Positions 30,100 through 41,527 of a stretch of 64,000 nucleotides of DNA are shown here, in pieces (the stretch's first letter is position 1; each line of letters opens with the position of its first letter). This stretch comes from Prasinococcaceae sp. CCMP 1430 (Eukaryota; Plantae; Prasinodermophyta): NCBI GenBank assembly GCA_013416795.1, contig RQSC01000027.1, forward strand, positions 62,001 through 126,000, in the 5' to 3' direction. A program made the position numbers and the translations under genes. The notes under the pieces were generated by a model. That model made no database searches. It saw only the letters and a list, made by a program, of their open reading frames with translations, and was not told the origin of the DNA.

Positions 30100-32342
30100 C
30101 TAGGCAGGCACGCCGTCCTGATCCGGCTGCCCATCCGCACCCGTGGCGCCGGGGCGCTGCACGGCAACAGCATCCTCGAACTCGTTGCCCGTTGACAGGA
30201 CGCCCCCCGCCGCATCGCTAGAGTCCTCTTCAATCTCCGGGACGCCGGGATCCGTCGCCCTCGCGTGCGAGCCATCTAGCACGTTCGCGGGTTGCGGTTG
30301 GACAGCTGCCGGGCTGCCGCGTGGCGATGCTGGCGCGCGCATGAGTTGGGCTCCGTCGTACCAGCTACCGAGAGAGGGTGCTGCTGCGTTGTCCCCTTTG
30401 TACTCAAAGCCACTCTGCTCGATGAATCGGAAGATGCGAGAGGAGTTCGGCGTGAGGCCACTCGAAGTCGGCGGGCCCAGGATGGCGTCGAAGACGCTCA
30501 GATATTTTGACTTGAATACATCTCGCTCTGTGGCGCGCGCGGTCGAGCGCGCGCACGCACGTGCGAAGCGGCCAAGACGACGGATCGCGAGCATGTCAGC
30601 AAGGAGTGCACACACAATCTCGCAACGCGCAGCCGCTCATCCACGCCACCGCGCGACCGCGGCGTCACCGCGCACGCGTCCCCAGGGAAGGCGAGGCCTT
30701 GGTGGAGGGCGTGCTCACCTTGCTCGTAGCAGTGGAAAAGGGTGCCCGTTGCAATTGAGAACATGACAGTGTCCATGCGCGTCAGCGCAGCGAACATGCT
30801 GCTCAGGCGTTTGGATGGGGGGGGGCGGGGCCTTTCCTTGAATCGCGCGTTTTGAAGGCATCTGCCCGAGCTGAGTTCGCTGATCTGCGTTGTCAGCGCC
30901 TCGGCCGCCTTGGCCGCGCAAAACAGTGCCAGCTCGAGCCGCCGGCTCTTTGCCTCGAACAGCCCTGCGAGCCCGCCCGTCGAAGTGCCAAGAAGCAGGG
31001 TGAACAAATTGGCCGGGAGGCCGTGGAGCCTGTCAGGCAAAGCAGTGCCGCACATCTCGAAGAGGATGCCCGACACCGTGAAGGCATTTGCAACGTAGCT
31101 CGCGAGAAACGCACTCGAGCGCGCTATGCCGACGGCGTTTAGCCTGGTCAGTTTGGCAGGCTCGGTAAGCCATCTGCGGCGTTGCACGACGACGGAGGTA
31201 GTAATGTACACTGCCAGATACATAGGCAGAGCGCGTGTGTACTCGGCAATCCACGTGCGAACGTAGTACCTGGCAGGATTGCCCAGAGGGTCGAGAATGC
31301 GCGCCATGCGCACGCCCGCGCGCGCAACGCCGACCGGCGCGATCGATGCCATGGCCTTGCCCGCAGCCGCGCCGTACTCCTTCGCGTATGGCCCCACCAA
31401 CGCCTTTATGTCGACGGAAGACTTGTCATCCTTGCCCAGCACGGTGTGCCGGAGCGCGCGCATGGTCTCAGGAGTGCGGCCGCCGTGCTTCTTGAGGAAA
31501 TTCAGGTAGCCGCCATCCAGCGTGTGCGGTACCGCGATGAAGGTCGCCAGGAGGTGCGATGCCGTCGCACAAAGCAGCACGACGTCGCTATGCTCGTACT
31601 CAGCGCCAATGGCACGCAGGATCTTCTGCGCGCGAGGGCGAGTATCTTTTAAGCCACAGCGCACGAGCAGCACCAGGGCGCGCACGAGTACGTACGTCGC
31701 GAGCGACATGTGACCTTTCGCGTCGCTGCGTTCGTTACCGCCGGCCAAAAGGAGGGATGGTCCAACGAGAAGCCCGGCGAGCGCGTGTCGCCACGAGCGG
31801 CTCTGGTTGTCACCGTAGCTCTTGGAGAGCGTTTCATCGATGCCGATGTAGCCACCCGAAAGCACCCCGAGGAATGCGCCGTAGCGCAGCGTCTCCACGA
31901 CGCCCTGGCGCACCGCGCCAGGCTTGTTGCCCCCCTTGTTGCGAATGCCAACGAGCAACCGCAGCGCGACAATGCCGCCGCGCAGGGCCGCGCCTGTCGC
32001 GAAGCCGCGCCCCCCCGCGGCGGCGACACGCTCGAGGCGGCGCACTGCGCGATCCCAGTATGGCAGTGGTTTCCGCCGCCCCTTGACGCTCAAGTTCTCC
32101 ATGCCCTCCACGCTTCCGCGCCGCCCGTGCCGCCCGCGACGGCGGTGGCCGTGCGCACAGTTGGCACTTGCGCTGGCGCTGCCAGCGCCAGACGCGTCGG
32201 CGCCAGCAGGCGCGTCGACACGCTCCCATGCATCGCCGGACGCGACGTCCGCACCGACGGATTCCAACCCTCCCTCGCTGCCCCGCGCGGCCGGCGGCGC
32301 ACTCGCCCCCCGCGCCCGGCCCGCCCGCCTACCCGGCGCCAT
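30100..32342 (-). CDS. TMEM135: TMEM135 / peroxisomal membrane protein family (plant At1g34630-like)
   Basis: Exons 32342-30719 and 30527-30100. FEAKSRRLELALFCAAKAAE and TLFHCYEQ|ERDVFKSKYLSVFDAILG match the plant TMEM135-like C-terminus. Start could be 32342 or the downstream MENLSV. Confidence 0.8.
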
Positions 32343-32523
32343 CGGCCTCTGACCCAGTGCCAGTCCGTGCCGCCCTCCTCCTGTCCGGCACCCCCGCTCC
32401 GTCCGCCGCCCTCAACCCCCACACCCGCCTACCCCATGCCGCGCGGCAGCGCGCGCGCGGTGGCAACAGCTGTCGCGTCTTGCGAACGCGCGCTGCCTGC
32501 GGCCCCCGCTCGCACACCAATTA

Positions 32524-32546
32524 GGGTAATATTCTATAGGGTTTAA
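32524..32546 (-). promoter_or_regulatory. Telo-box (AAACCCTA) within a composite TTAAACCCTA..AATATTACCC motif upstream of TMEM135-like
   Basis: Plus strand reads GGGTAATATTCTATAGGGTTTAA; a near-identical copy lies at 40029-40047. Confidence 0.5.
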
Positions 32547-33134
32547 TTTACACGTCAATCACCACGCAGTGTCCCCCCGCCCGTTCAGCCTGTGGCATGC
32601 CAACCCTATGGCAACAGCATGAAAGCACATCAGCCGGAATCCGGGATGCGTCGCACGTCAAAGCGCCTGCGAGGGCTATGATCGCCCGTGGGTACATGTC
32701 ACTCTCGCGCGCGTTCGGGCCGCGCGAGCGCCTCGGCGGCGCGGCTTTCGTCGGTTGGGGCGCAGCGCATGCGAACTGAGCAGGGCGGGGGCGGCCGCGG
32801 GCGCCCTCGCATGCGTTTTGATGAGGGGAGAGCCCGCAGCGAATGCGCGCGCGCTGGCCCGTAGGCGACGGAGAGGTGCGCGGGTGGGGGCGGGGTGGCG
32901 CGCCACACCGCTGGCGGGCGGGGCGCAGAGGGGGAGCGGCGGCCGAGACGCGCGCCGTGAGCGCTCGCGGTCTCCCGCACACGAGCGGTCCCCAGCGCGC
33001 GCGCGCGCGTGCACGCGAAAGAGGGGAGTTGGGGTGGGGGGCGCCGTGGCGGCCCGTGCCGGCTTTTCTTGGCGCGCGCGGCGCGCGCCGCTGCCGGGGT
33101 GGGGGAAAGGGCTGGGAGGAGAGCCCCGACAGAG

Positions 33135-34284
33135 ATGGATGGACGCGCGGGGAGCGCGTCGCCCTCGGCGCCAACGAGTGCAACAGGCGCAAAGCTTGAC
33201 GCGGCTGGGGGCTCTGGTGGGGGCGAGGTGCTGGGCGCGGCCAACGGCGCCGTGATGACACCGTCGGCGAGTGTCGGTGCGGCGATGGACACGCTCAATG
33301 CGGATGCGGATGCCAGCCACGAGGATGACGAGCGCGTCGAAGGCAGCGACGACGATGACCAGGTCGAGGGGGGAGTGCACGCTAGCGTGGAGGAGGGCGA
33401 GGAGATGGACGACGAGGCCCTGGCGCGCATGCTGCAGCAGCAGGAGCATGGTGCGTCATGCGCGGATTGGGGCACGCTCGTGCAGCTTGGCGGGCACGTC
33501 CAACGTACAGCGCGGCGGGCCGGGCGGGGAAGCGCGCTGCCCAGTGTGCTGCAAAGGAAGTGCGAGCGCAGGGGCGCCCGCGGAGGAAAGAGGTCAATTT
33601 CGGAGCCGGGTTTGGTGGTGGGTGGTGGTGGGCTCGGGGCGTAGGGGGGCGCGGCGCGATGCACACAGACAAGAGATGTCCCCCCTGTCGACTCGCTGAC
33701 TTACTTTGCCGTGCGTTGGCTTGTCCCTGTTCGCGCACGGCGGGTGCTTCCTGCGGCGGCGGCCAACAGCATATATGATGCTCGCGCAGCAGCAGCTAGA
33801 GGAGCAGGAGGCCGCCGCGCAGGAGGCGGGAGAGGAGGAGGACGAGGACGCGCGGCTGGCGCGCGAGCTGATGCGCCGCGAGATCGAGGAGCACACCGCG
33901 ATGCTCCAGGCGCAAGGAGGGCTGGCCGGTGGCGAGTACGATGGTGAGGGGGAATTCACAGACGACGACGTTGAGCCTGACGACATGACGTACGAGCAGC
34001 TCACCGCGCTGGGCGAGATGGTGGGCACGCAGAGCAAGGGTGCTGGCAAGGATGCGCTAGATGCTCTCAAGGTGGCAACGTACGCCGAGGTCAGGGCAGG
34101 TGCTGGTGGTAGCGCGGGCGCCGAGGAGGGCGATGAGCAGTGCGCAGTGTGCCGCTGCGAGTTCGAGCCCGACGAGCTCGTCAAGTGCCTGCCGTGCAAG
34201 CACTACTTCCACGTGGATTGCATCGACCAGTGGCTCAAGGATCAGAAGACGTGCCCGCTATGCTTCGTTGAGATTGGGAAGTGA
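33135..34284 (+). CDS. RING-H2 E3 ubiquitin ligase, BIG BROTHER/BBR-like
   Basis: Exons 33135-33450 and 33770-34284. DVEPDDMTYEQLTALGEMVGTQSKG followed by CAVCRCEFEPDELVKCLPCKHYFHVDCIDQWLKDQKTCPLC (C3H2C3). Confidence 0.9.
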
Positions 34285-34598
34285 GAAATCTCTGAGGACG
34301 CGCACCTCTCTCTCGGCAGCAGCGCCAGCGACTTTGGGACACGAGCCGTGCGAGGTGCCCGCCATCAAGCCTTTCACTCGTAGCACCCGCTGGTTGGTTG
34401 GCGGGCGGGCACGCTCGTGCGCGCTGCGCCGCGCGACGAGGATTGCGTCGCAGCCTCCTCAAGCGCGGCGGCTGCTCCCTCTGTACTGATAAGCGATTTG
34501 GTTCGAGGCCCGGCAGTGCCAGCAGCGACACGTGTCTGCTGCAGGGATGGGCGAGCCATATTATACTGTGTGTGCGCTCGCGGCGCGCCAGCGCACGT

Positions 34599-35105
34599 TC
34601 ACATGACATCCCGCACACCGATTCGGGTCGTGACGGCATCTGCCAGCGAGCCGGTTTCGAGCTCCTCGGGCGTGATCTTGAAGATTCTCTTGATGTCGTC
34701 CACTTGGGCGCGCTCTGATAGCTGGGCCACGTCGCACGGCTGCGCGCCGCGCTCCTCCATGAGCTTCTCCACAGCCGCCCTGTCCGCGTCAGAAGCGTCG
34801 AAGCGCGCAACGAGCACATCGAGCGTCACGCCGCTTGCGCCACAGTCCTCCATGGGCATGCCCAGCCGCCTGAGCGACTCGCCAATGTGCCTGCTTGCAG
34901 CGAGGTTGACGATCAGCTCCGAGTGCAGCGACTTTGTGACCAACTTGCCCCTCTCCTGCGCGCTGAGCGCGCGGTGCGCGGCCGCGAGCGCGCAGAGCGC
35001 GTCGGGCACGAGTCCCGCCCTGCACAGCGCGAGCTCGGGCCGGAGCGCGCTGCCGCCGCGGCCGCCGCGCCGAGTGGCGCGCGCGTGGCGCAGCCGCCGA
35101 AGCAT
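34599..35105 (-). CDS. CGI121: KEOPS/EKC complex subunit CGI-121 (TPRKB)
   Basis: AAAHRAL...LVTKSLHSELIVNLAASRHIGESLRRLG...LVARF...IKRIFKITPEEL...LADAVTTRI. Start uncertain (first ATG at 35105). Confidence 0.88.
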   Translation of the reverse strand: MLRRLRHARATRRGGRGGSALRPELALCRAGLVPDALCALAAAHRALSAQERGKLVTKSLHSELIVNLAASRHIGESLRRLGMPMEDCGASGVTLDVLVARFDASDADRAAVEKLMEERGAQPCDVAQLSERAQVDDIKRIFKITPEELETGSLADAVTTRIGVRDVM

Positions 35106-35266
35106 GCAAAAGCGCAAGCTCCGGGAAGGAGCTCGCTCGCCAGGAAAGGGGAGAAAAAGCCTGAAAAGGACAAACTAAAAAAGCTTGTATGTGTGCATAC
35201 AATACTATATCAACAAATGGAACCACGGGCGATCGAACATTTTTTTTAAAAAATGTTTCGCGCGCG

Positions 35267-36505
35267 TCAGAGCTCTTGCATCTCATCGGGGCTGTAGTAC
35301 TCGCTGAGCATGCGGTAGATGTCCGACGGCGTGTGCCCCCCAGTATCGGTGAGGAACAGCGTGATGAGGTCCGGGGGGATGTAATCGAACTCGTTGTTGA
35401 CGACGTGGCAGCGGCCGCCGCCCTGCGCACACTCCGAGAGCACCTCGGCGCTGAGCACCTCGGCGGGCGCTCGAAGGTCGCCCGCGAGCATGTCCTCGTT
35501 GGGCTGCAGCAGTGGGCTGAGCTTGTGCATGCCGAAGAGCACCACGAAAGGCACCGCGTGCCTTTGCGCGGCGAGCGCAACCATGTGCAGACCGGCGGGC
35601 GCCATCACGCCGCCGTTGGCCATCACGGCGCTCGCACCCACCACCACCATGTTGGAGCGCGCCATCATGGCAAAGACGGTCGCGTCAGTGATGAAGGTGG
35701 TCTGAATGCCTGCTCCAGACAGTTCGCGCGCCATGCGCCTGCCCGAGCACAGCGGCGCGCCCTCAGCGACCACCACCTGAAAGTCACGCTTCTTGCCCGC
35801 CGCACGCAGGAAGAGAGACGTCGCCCTGGAGTAACCTAGCGTGAGGATGACCTCATCGGTGTGGATATGCTCCAGAGCCTGCTCTGCGATCTGCTGCGGC
35901 ACGCCGTCGAGCTCGTCAATCATCTCGTTCACCGCCTCGATGACGCGGAGCTTGAGCTCCCACGGTCCCTTGCCACCGCGCATGCCATGTGTAGCGGGGC
36001 TGCCGCTCACGTCGAGCAGTGAGTGCAGGCTGGGCGGCCGCAGCAACTGCGTCTGCGCGCCCTGCCCACCGCTCGTCCCCCCGCTCGGGGCACTCCACTG
36101 CACCCGCCGCGAGCCGCCATTGCCGTGGCCTTGGCCGCTGCTACCCCCACCTGCTCCGTCGCCGCCATCGTCGTCGCCTGTCGCATCTTCGTCCTCATCG
36201 CTCTCGCCATCTTCGTCGCCCTCGCCGCCCTCGGTGTCCATCTGTAGCTGTAGGTCCTCCTCACGAATGATCGAGAGCACGCGGCGCGCAACATTGCCGG
36301 GCACAACCTCCTGCGGCCTCGCGGACGTCAGCCGGCGGCCGAGCGTGCGCACGGTCTCTAGCAGCGCGCGAAATGCCTCGAGCTCGTTGGAGCCTGCAAT
36401 GCGCCGATGCTGTGAGATCGCCTGGCGGATCAGGTTCGCGGTGCGCTTGGCTACGTCCACGCTCGAACTCGAGCGCCTGCGGCACAGTACGGCAGAGGGG
36501 ATCAT
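35267..36505 (-). CDS. EIF2B2: Translation initiation factor eIF2B beta subunit
   Basis: [32 protein letters not shown]; [17 protein letters not shown]; VVVAEGAP; [13 protein letters not shown]; [29 protein letters not shown] at 36505. Confidence 0.93.
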   Translation of the reverse strand: MIPSAVLCRRRSSSSVDVAKRTANLIRQAISQHRRIAGSNELEAFRALLETVRTLGRRLTSARPQEVVPGNVARRVLSIIREEDLQLQMDTEGGEGDEDGESDEDEDATGDDDGGDGAGGGSSGQGHGNGGSRRVQWSAPSGGTSGGQGAQTQLLRPPSLHSLLDVSGSPATHGMRGGKGPWELKLRVIEAVNEMIDELDGVPQQIAEQALEHIHTDEVILTLGYSRATSLFLRAAGKKRDFQVVVAEGAPLCSGRRMARELSGAGIQTTFITDATVFAMMARSNMVVVGASAVMANGGVMAPAGLHMVALAAQRHAVPFVVLFGMHKLSPLLQPNEDMLAGDLRAPAEVLSAEVLSECAQGGGRCHVVNNEFDYIPPDLITLFLTDTGGHTPSDIYRMLSEYYSPDEMQEL

Positions 36506-38717
36506 GGCCAAGGGGATGGCAGCACGCAGGAGTCGGGCAAAGGCAGGGCGAGGGCGGGGAGGGAGGACAAGCGGCGGCGGCGGCCGGCGAGCCGGTGGAC
36601 GCCGCGACGCTGGCGAAGCGCGAGAAGCGCGCGGCGGAGAAGAAGGCCAAGAAGGAGGCCGAGGCGGCCAAGAAGGCCGCCAAGGCCGCCAAGCGCCAGG
36701 CGGGCCAGGGCGGCGCGTCAGGCACCGTGCAGATCGCGGGGGTCAAGCCCGTCATCGACCTCGCACCGGTCAGCGGCACGCGCGACTTCTTCCCCGATGA
36801 AATGCGTGCGCGCAACTGGCTCTTCGGCCACTTCCGCGACACGGCGCGCTGCTGCGGCTTCGAGGAGTACGACTCGCCCGTGCTCGAGCACGAGGAGCTC
36901 TACAAGCGCAAGGCTGGCGAGGAGATCACGCAACAGATGTACAATTTCGTGACGCGCGGCGGGGAGGCCGTCAGCCTGCGCCCGGAGATGACGCCCACCC
37001 TCGCGCGCATGATTCTCGCGAAGGTGCGAGCCAGCGCGAGCGCGAGGGCGCGAGCGAGCGCGGACGCGAGCGCACGGACGACCCTCGCGCCTTCTCCAGC
37101 CGGACCCCTACTGAGTGTCCACCGGCTCCGGCGATTGTGCGGAGCACTATGCCGAGCGCGCGGCACGCCTGCGTCTGCGGTCTCGGCTGCGGCCGCCGCG
37201 TGCTCGCGCCCCCGCGCGCGCCAGTTGCTGACGCGCATCATTCGCCCGCGCGCCCTGCCCGCAATGGCTCTGCGCCGCGGCACGCACTCGGCCCACGCAG
37301 GGCCGCAGCCTGATGCTGCCGGCGAAGTGGTTCAGCGTTCCGCAGTGCTGGCGCTACGAGAACACGACGCGCGGGCGCAAGCGCGAACACTATCAGTGGA
37401 ACTGCGACATCATCGGCGCGCGTGGCGTCGCTGCCGAGGCGGAGCTGCTCGCGGCGGTCACCCAGTTCTTCGGTCGCGTGGGGCTCACGGCCAAGGACGT
37501 CGGCATCCGCATCAACTCGCGCAAGGTGCGATAGAGCGCGCGTGGGCGCCCCGTCGCGCCGCTGGAAGCGCGCGCACGCACGATGCTGTGACGACCCTCG
37601 CACTTCTTTAGTCGGATTCCCACTGAGGGGCCACCGGCTCCGACGATTATACAGTGCATCGTTGCCGAGCGCTCGTGCGCGCACGCCGACGTACGTGAGC
37701 TCGTGATGCGGACGCGCGCTTCCTCCTGCGATCCACTGACGCGTCCGCACACGGCACGCGGCGGCACTGCCGCGCATGTTGCAGGTGATGGGCTCTGTGA
37801 TGACCGCCCTCGGAGTGTCCGACGATATGTTCGCGCCGGTGTGCGTCATTGTGGACAAGCTGGACAAGATTGGCGCCGAGGGCGTCAAGAAGGAGCTGCT
37901 TGAGAATACAAAGCTCGAGAGCGACGTCGCTGACGCCGTGATCGCCACAATGTCTGCGCGCTCGCTGGAGGAGCTCCAGAAGGCGTGCAAGGGCGTGGAT
38001 CCTGCCGCAATCGAAGAGATGCAGACGCTGTTCAAGCTTGCCGAGGGATACGGGTACGCTGACTACCTGGCGTTCGATGCCAGCGTGGTGCGTGGCCTTG
38101 CGTACTACACCGGCGTCGTCTTCGAGTGCTTCGACAGGGACGGCGAGCTGCGCGCCATCGCGGGCGGCGGGCGCTACGACAAGCTGCTGTCGCTGTACGG
38201 CTCGGAGACGGAGGTGCCAGCGTGCGGCTTTGGCTTCGGTGACTGCGTCATCATGGAGCTCCTATCGGACAAGGGCCTGCTCCCCAAGCTCGACCGGGCG
38301 TGCGACTACGTGGTCGCGGCGTACAACAATGACATGCAGGCGCCCGCATTGGGCATCGCCTCGAAGCTGCGCGCGCTCGGCAAAAGCGCAGACGTGCTCA
38401 TGGAGCCCAAGAAGCGCGTCGCTGGCGTGTTTGACTACGCGGACCGCGTGGGCGCGCAGCGACTCATTTTTGTGGCGCCTGATGAGCACGCCAAGGGGCT
38501 CGTGCGCATCAAGGACCTGCGGGTCAAGGAGGGCGAGGGTGTCAAGCAGGTGGACGTACCGCTCGGCGAACTCGACACCATCGACGCCGCATTCGGAGTC
38601 GCGGGTGCCGCCAGCAGCACGGGTGGAAGCGGCAGCGGGAGCGGCCCGCACGCCGCGTCAATGAGCACGGGCGACATGCTCGCGGAGCTCCGAAAGCGTG
38701 GTTTCGTCATGCCATGA
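36373..38717 (+). CDS. hisS: Histidine--tRNA ligase, organellar type; start uncertain
   Basis: [69 protein letters not shown]. Exons ...-37023, 37301-37525, 37785-38717. The only upstream in-frame ATG is at 36373. Confidence 0.93.
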
Positions 38718-38969
38718 GCCACGACCGCCTTCGGTAAATGACACACACATACACGCGCACATCTGCACGCGAGCATGCGTGAGTCGCGCCGCCCTGCACG
38801 CGACGCGCGGCCTGCCCGCCCGCTGTGCCCGCCCTCGCCTTGACAAGAGGCGCGCAAGCCTGTTTCTCGCGTCATTATCTATTTGTGTTTAAATGTGTAC
38901 AGTAGCCGCGAAGAGCAGAGAGTGGCCCTTGGCGTCGCTGCACCGCGTGCCGCGGCGGCGCACGGCTGC

Positions 38970-39599
38970 CTACGCGGGCATTTTCCTGAACTCGTTGAGC
39001 ACAGGGTAGATGGCCTCGAAGGCTGTGTAGATTTCCTTGCGGCTCTTCGCGCCCGTGAGGACGACCTTCCCCGAGACGAATATTAGTAGCACGATCTTGG
39101 GCGAGCGCATGCGGTAGATGAGCCCCGGGAACAGCTCGGGCTCGTAGTTGGAGAAATGCGAGTGCGAGAGCGAGATGCCCTCGAGGCGGATGGGAAACTT
39201 CACGTCGCACGAGCCCACGATGTTCTGGATCTTGAAGTCTTTGAAGTTCACCTTGAAGCCGAGCTTCTGGACGATGCGCGCATACTTCTTCGCCGAGGTG
39301 CGCGCGTCGGCCTCGCTCTTGGCGCCAGTGACCACCATCTTGCCGCTGTGGAAGATGAGCGCGGTCGTCTTTGGCTCGTGGATGCGCAGGATGACCGCCG
39401 AGAAGCGCTTTGGGTTGTACTCGGCGTTGCGCGCCGTCAGCGCAATCTTGTGCAGGTCGAGCTTGCAGTCCATGTTCACGGTGGCGACGAGGTTCTGCAG
39501 CTTGGGGACGATGCCGGAGGGGTGTTTCGTGAGGTCCACAGCTGGTGCCGCCGCGGCAGTGGGCGCCTTTGTTGCCGCGCCCGAGCCCGACGCCGCCAT
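38970..39599 (-). CDS. TBP: TATA-binding protein, intronless, canonical DNA-contact residues
   Basis: [15 protein letters not shown]...[15 protein letters not shown]...[17 protein letters not shown]...[10 protein letters not shown]...[13 protein letters not shown]...[15 protein letters not shown]. Confidence 0.99.
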   Translation of the reverse strand: MAASGSGAATKAPTAAAAPAVDLTKHPSGIVPKLQNLVATVNMDCKLDLHKIALTARNAEYNPKRFSAVILRIHEPKTTALIFHSGKMVVTGAKSEADARTSAKKYARIVQKLGFKVNFKDFKIQNIVGSCDVKFPIRLEGISLSHSHFSNYEPELFPGLIYRMRSPKIVLLIFVSGKVVLTGAKSRKEIYTAFEAIYPVLNEFRKMPA

Positions 39600-40028
39600 A
39601 GTGGCGGCCGCCGCGCGCGCGCGCACGCGCGCTGCGCGCGAAAACGAGACGCGAAAGCGGCGGGAGCGGCGCGAGTCCGCGCGGGCGTAGAAGGGAGCAG
39701 GCGTCGAGGGAGGGGGAGGGGGAAGGGGAAGGGGCGCGCAGGATCCCCCTTGTCGACCCTCCTTGTCCCCCCCAACCCCACCCCACCCACCGCCACCGCC
39801 ACCCTGGTGTGCCGTGCGCCGCGCACCCTACGCGCGCGGCCACCGCCGCTCGAGGGGGGGGCGGCGAGCGACCTTGCCGCGGCAAAAAAAAAAAAAAAAA
39901 AAAACGCGGCCGGAGGCGTTGGTTGCAACCTCGAGCCAAAAGATTGCATGCGAACACAAAAAAAGGGGTGGGAAAAAATCAAATCACCGCTCGCGAGGCC
40001 ACCTGAACAGCCAGACGCTCGCGTTTGG

Positions 40029-40047
40029 GGGTAATATTAGGGTTTAA
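40029..40047 (-). promoter_or_regulatory. Canonical telo-box AAACCCTAA about 430 bp upstream of TBP
   Basis: Minus strand reads TTAAACCCTAATATTACCC. Confidence 0.5.
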
Positions 40048-40048
40048 C

Positions 40049-40999
40049 TCATGTACCATCAGATGGTTCCATCGGGATGGTACGTGTGCGTTTGGCGTGG
40101 GCTGGCGAGCTCGCAGGCCGAGCGCGCTCCAGGGGCGGGTGCGCTGGCGAGGCGGCCTCCTCCGCGTGCGCGACCAGCAGCACGAGGGTGTCGTCGAAGC
40201 GCACGACGCCGCTAGCCTCGCCGCCGGCGCCCTCGACGGCCTCGGCGACGCCCGCCTCAAGCGCCGCGTCGTCGAAATGCTCGCGCGAGAGCGTGCTCCA
40301 GAAGCGCGACCGCAGTAGTTCGCCCCACTCGGCGGCAGGCATGGTGACAGCGTAGGCCGCCTCAAACTCGTCAACGCGCGGTGTGCCATGCGCACCGCGA
40401 AGCGACTGAGCCCACGCGTGCGCATCGGGCTGCTGCCGGCGCCACACGCGTTTGGCTGCCTCAAAGAGAGCAACTGTTGGCTCGTGCGGCCGCGTGACGA
40501 CGACGAGGCGCCCGCCGATGCGCAGCCCTGAGACGAGATTACGGAGTGCCTCATCTGCTGCCACGCCATCGAGGTGGTGCATGATCTCTTTGAGCAGGAT
40601 GATGTCTGCCTTGTCGGCCTCACCTGCGGCGGCGATCTCGCGGCTGTAAGTGACAGCATCGGCCTTGACCGCATGCGCAAAGCCACCGACCAACGCGAGC
40701 ATGTCAGCGGAGCAGTCCACGACAGTTGGCTGCGCAATGATGCCCGCGTACTTGCACAGCGCGCGCGTGAAGTTCCCCGTGCCGCCGCCTACATCGACGA
40801 CGCGCAGCGTGCGCTGCGAGCGTGGCGCCACGTCTGCGGCCACGAGCCCGCATGCGCGTGCCACGACGCCCAGCTGCCACGTCTGATACTCGCTGCCGTC
40901 GGCGTAGAAGAAGGCGCGCTCGTACCCAGCGGCTGAAGCGCTATAGTGCCCACTATGCGAACGGCGCGCGCCCTCCTCCTCCAACTCGCAAACCCCCAT
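40049..40999 (-). CDS. Class I SAM-dependent methyltransferase, substrate unknown; start uncertain
   Basis: Motif I VVDVGGGTGNF, VVDCSADML, DIILLKEIMHHL, GGRLVVVTRP. Confidence 0.85.
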   Translation of the reverse strand: MGVCELEEEGARRSHSGHYSASAAGYERAFFYADGSEYQTWQLGVVARACGLVAADVAPRSQRTLRVVDVGGGTGNFTRALCKYAGIIAQPTVVDCSADMLALVGGFAHAVKADAVTYSREIAAAGEADKADIILLKEIMHHLDGVAADEALRNLVSGLRIGGRLVVVTRPHEPTVALFEAAKRVWRRQQPDAHAWAQSLRGAHGTPRVDEFEAAYAVTMPAAEWGELLRSRFWSTLSREHFDDAALEAGVAEAVEGAGGEASGVVRFDDTLVLLVAHAEEAASPAHPPLERARPASSPAHAKRTRTIPMEPSDGT

Positions 41000-41527
41000 T
41001 GCCGCGAGCAGCAGCAGCTCGCCGCCGCCGTGTCCGCCGCGCGCCGCAGCCCCAGGTGCCGCGAAGCTCTCGTCCCACACGCGACACCAGCCAGCGGCCA
41101 GCGCCGCTCCGGGCGGGGCGCACTCGGCGGCCTCGCCGATACCCAGCCCTGGGAGGCATGCGCCGTGCAGCGGAGCGCGCGCACACTGGCGCCGCGAGTC
41201 GCACTCGGCAGGCCCACCCTGCGGCGCCGCGCCAGCTGCGGCACCCGTTAAATGACATACTGACAACCGATATGGCTGCATGGTACAGCGCTGCAGTTGA
41301 TGAGGCTCCGAATCCACCTAAAATCCTGTGAGTGCACGTAGCAGGCGTCCGCTCCACGATGCAGCGTGGGCGCCATGGGCTTCGACTCGTCACTGACCTG
41401 CAGCCAGGCGCGTTCACTCCACGGCGACGACAACTCGTGGCGGCCGCTGCCGCAGTGGGCTACCTTCGATGCGGGCGGGTAGCCCCCGCTGTATTAATTG
41501 TGATGGATTAGACGCGCGGACCAGATA

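Noticed and set aside
36477-36580. Possible intron acceptor (CCGCAG at 36477) implying an upstream eIF2B-beta exon
   Set aside because: No CTGAC branch site, unlike nearly all other introns here, and no candidate upstream exon. ATG 36505 in a GCCATG context is the simpler model.
38970-39599. TBP as a divergent TBP-like factor
   Set aside because: The four intercalating Phe and both Asn residues are canonical, so this is an ordinary TBP.
39883-39904. Long poly(A) tracts (also near 203, 5846 and 26826) as retroposon tails
   Set aside because: No associated element body or target-site duplication. They are more likely promoter poly(dA:dT) tracts.
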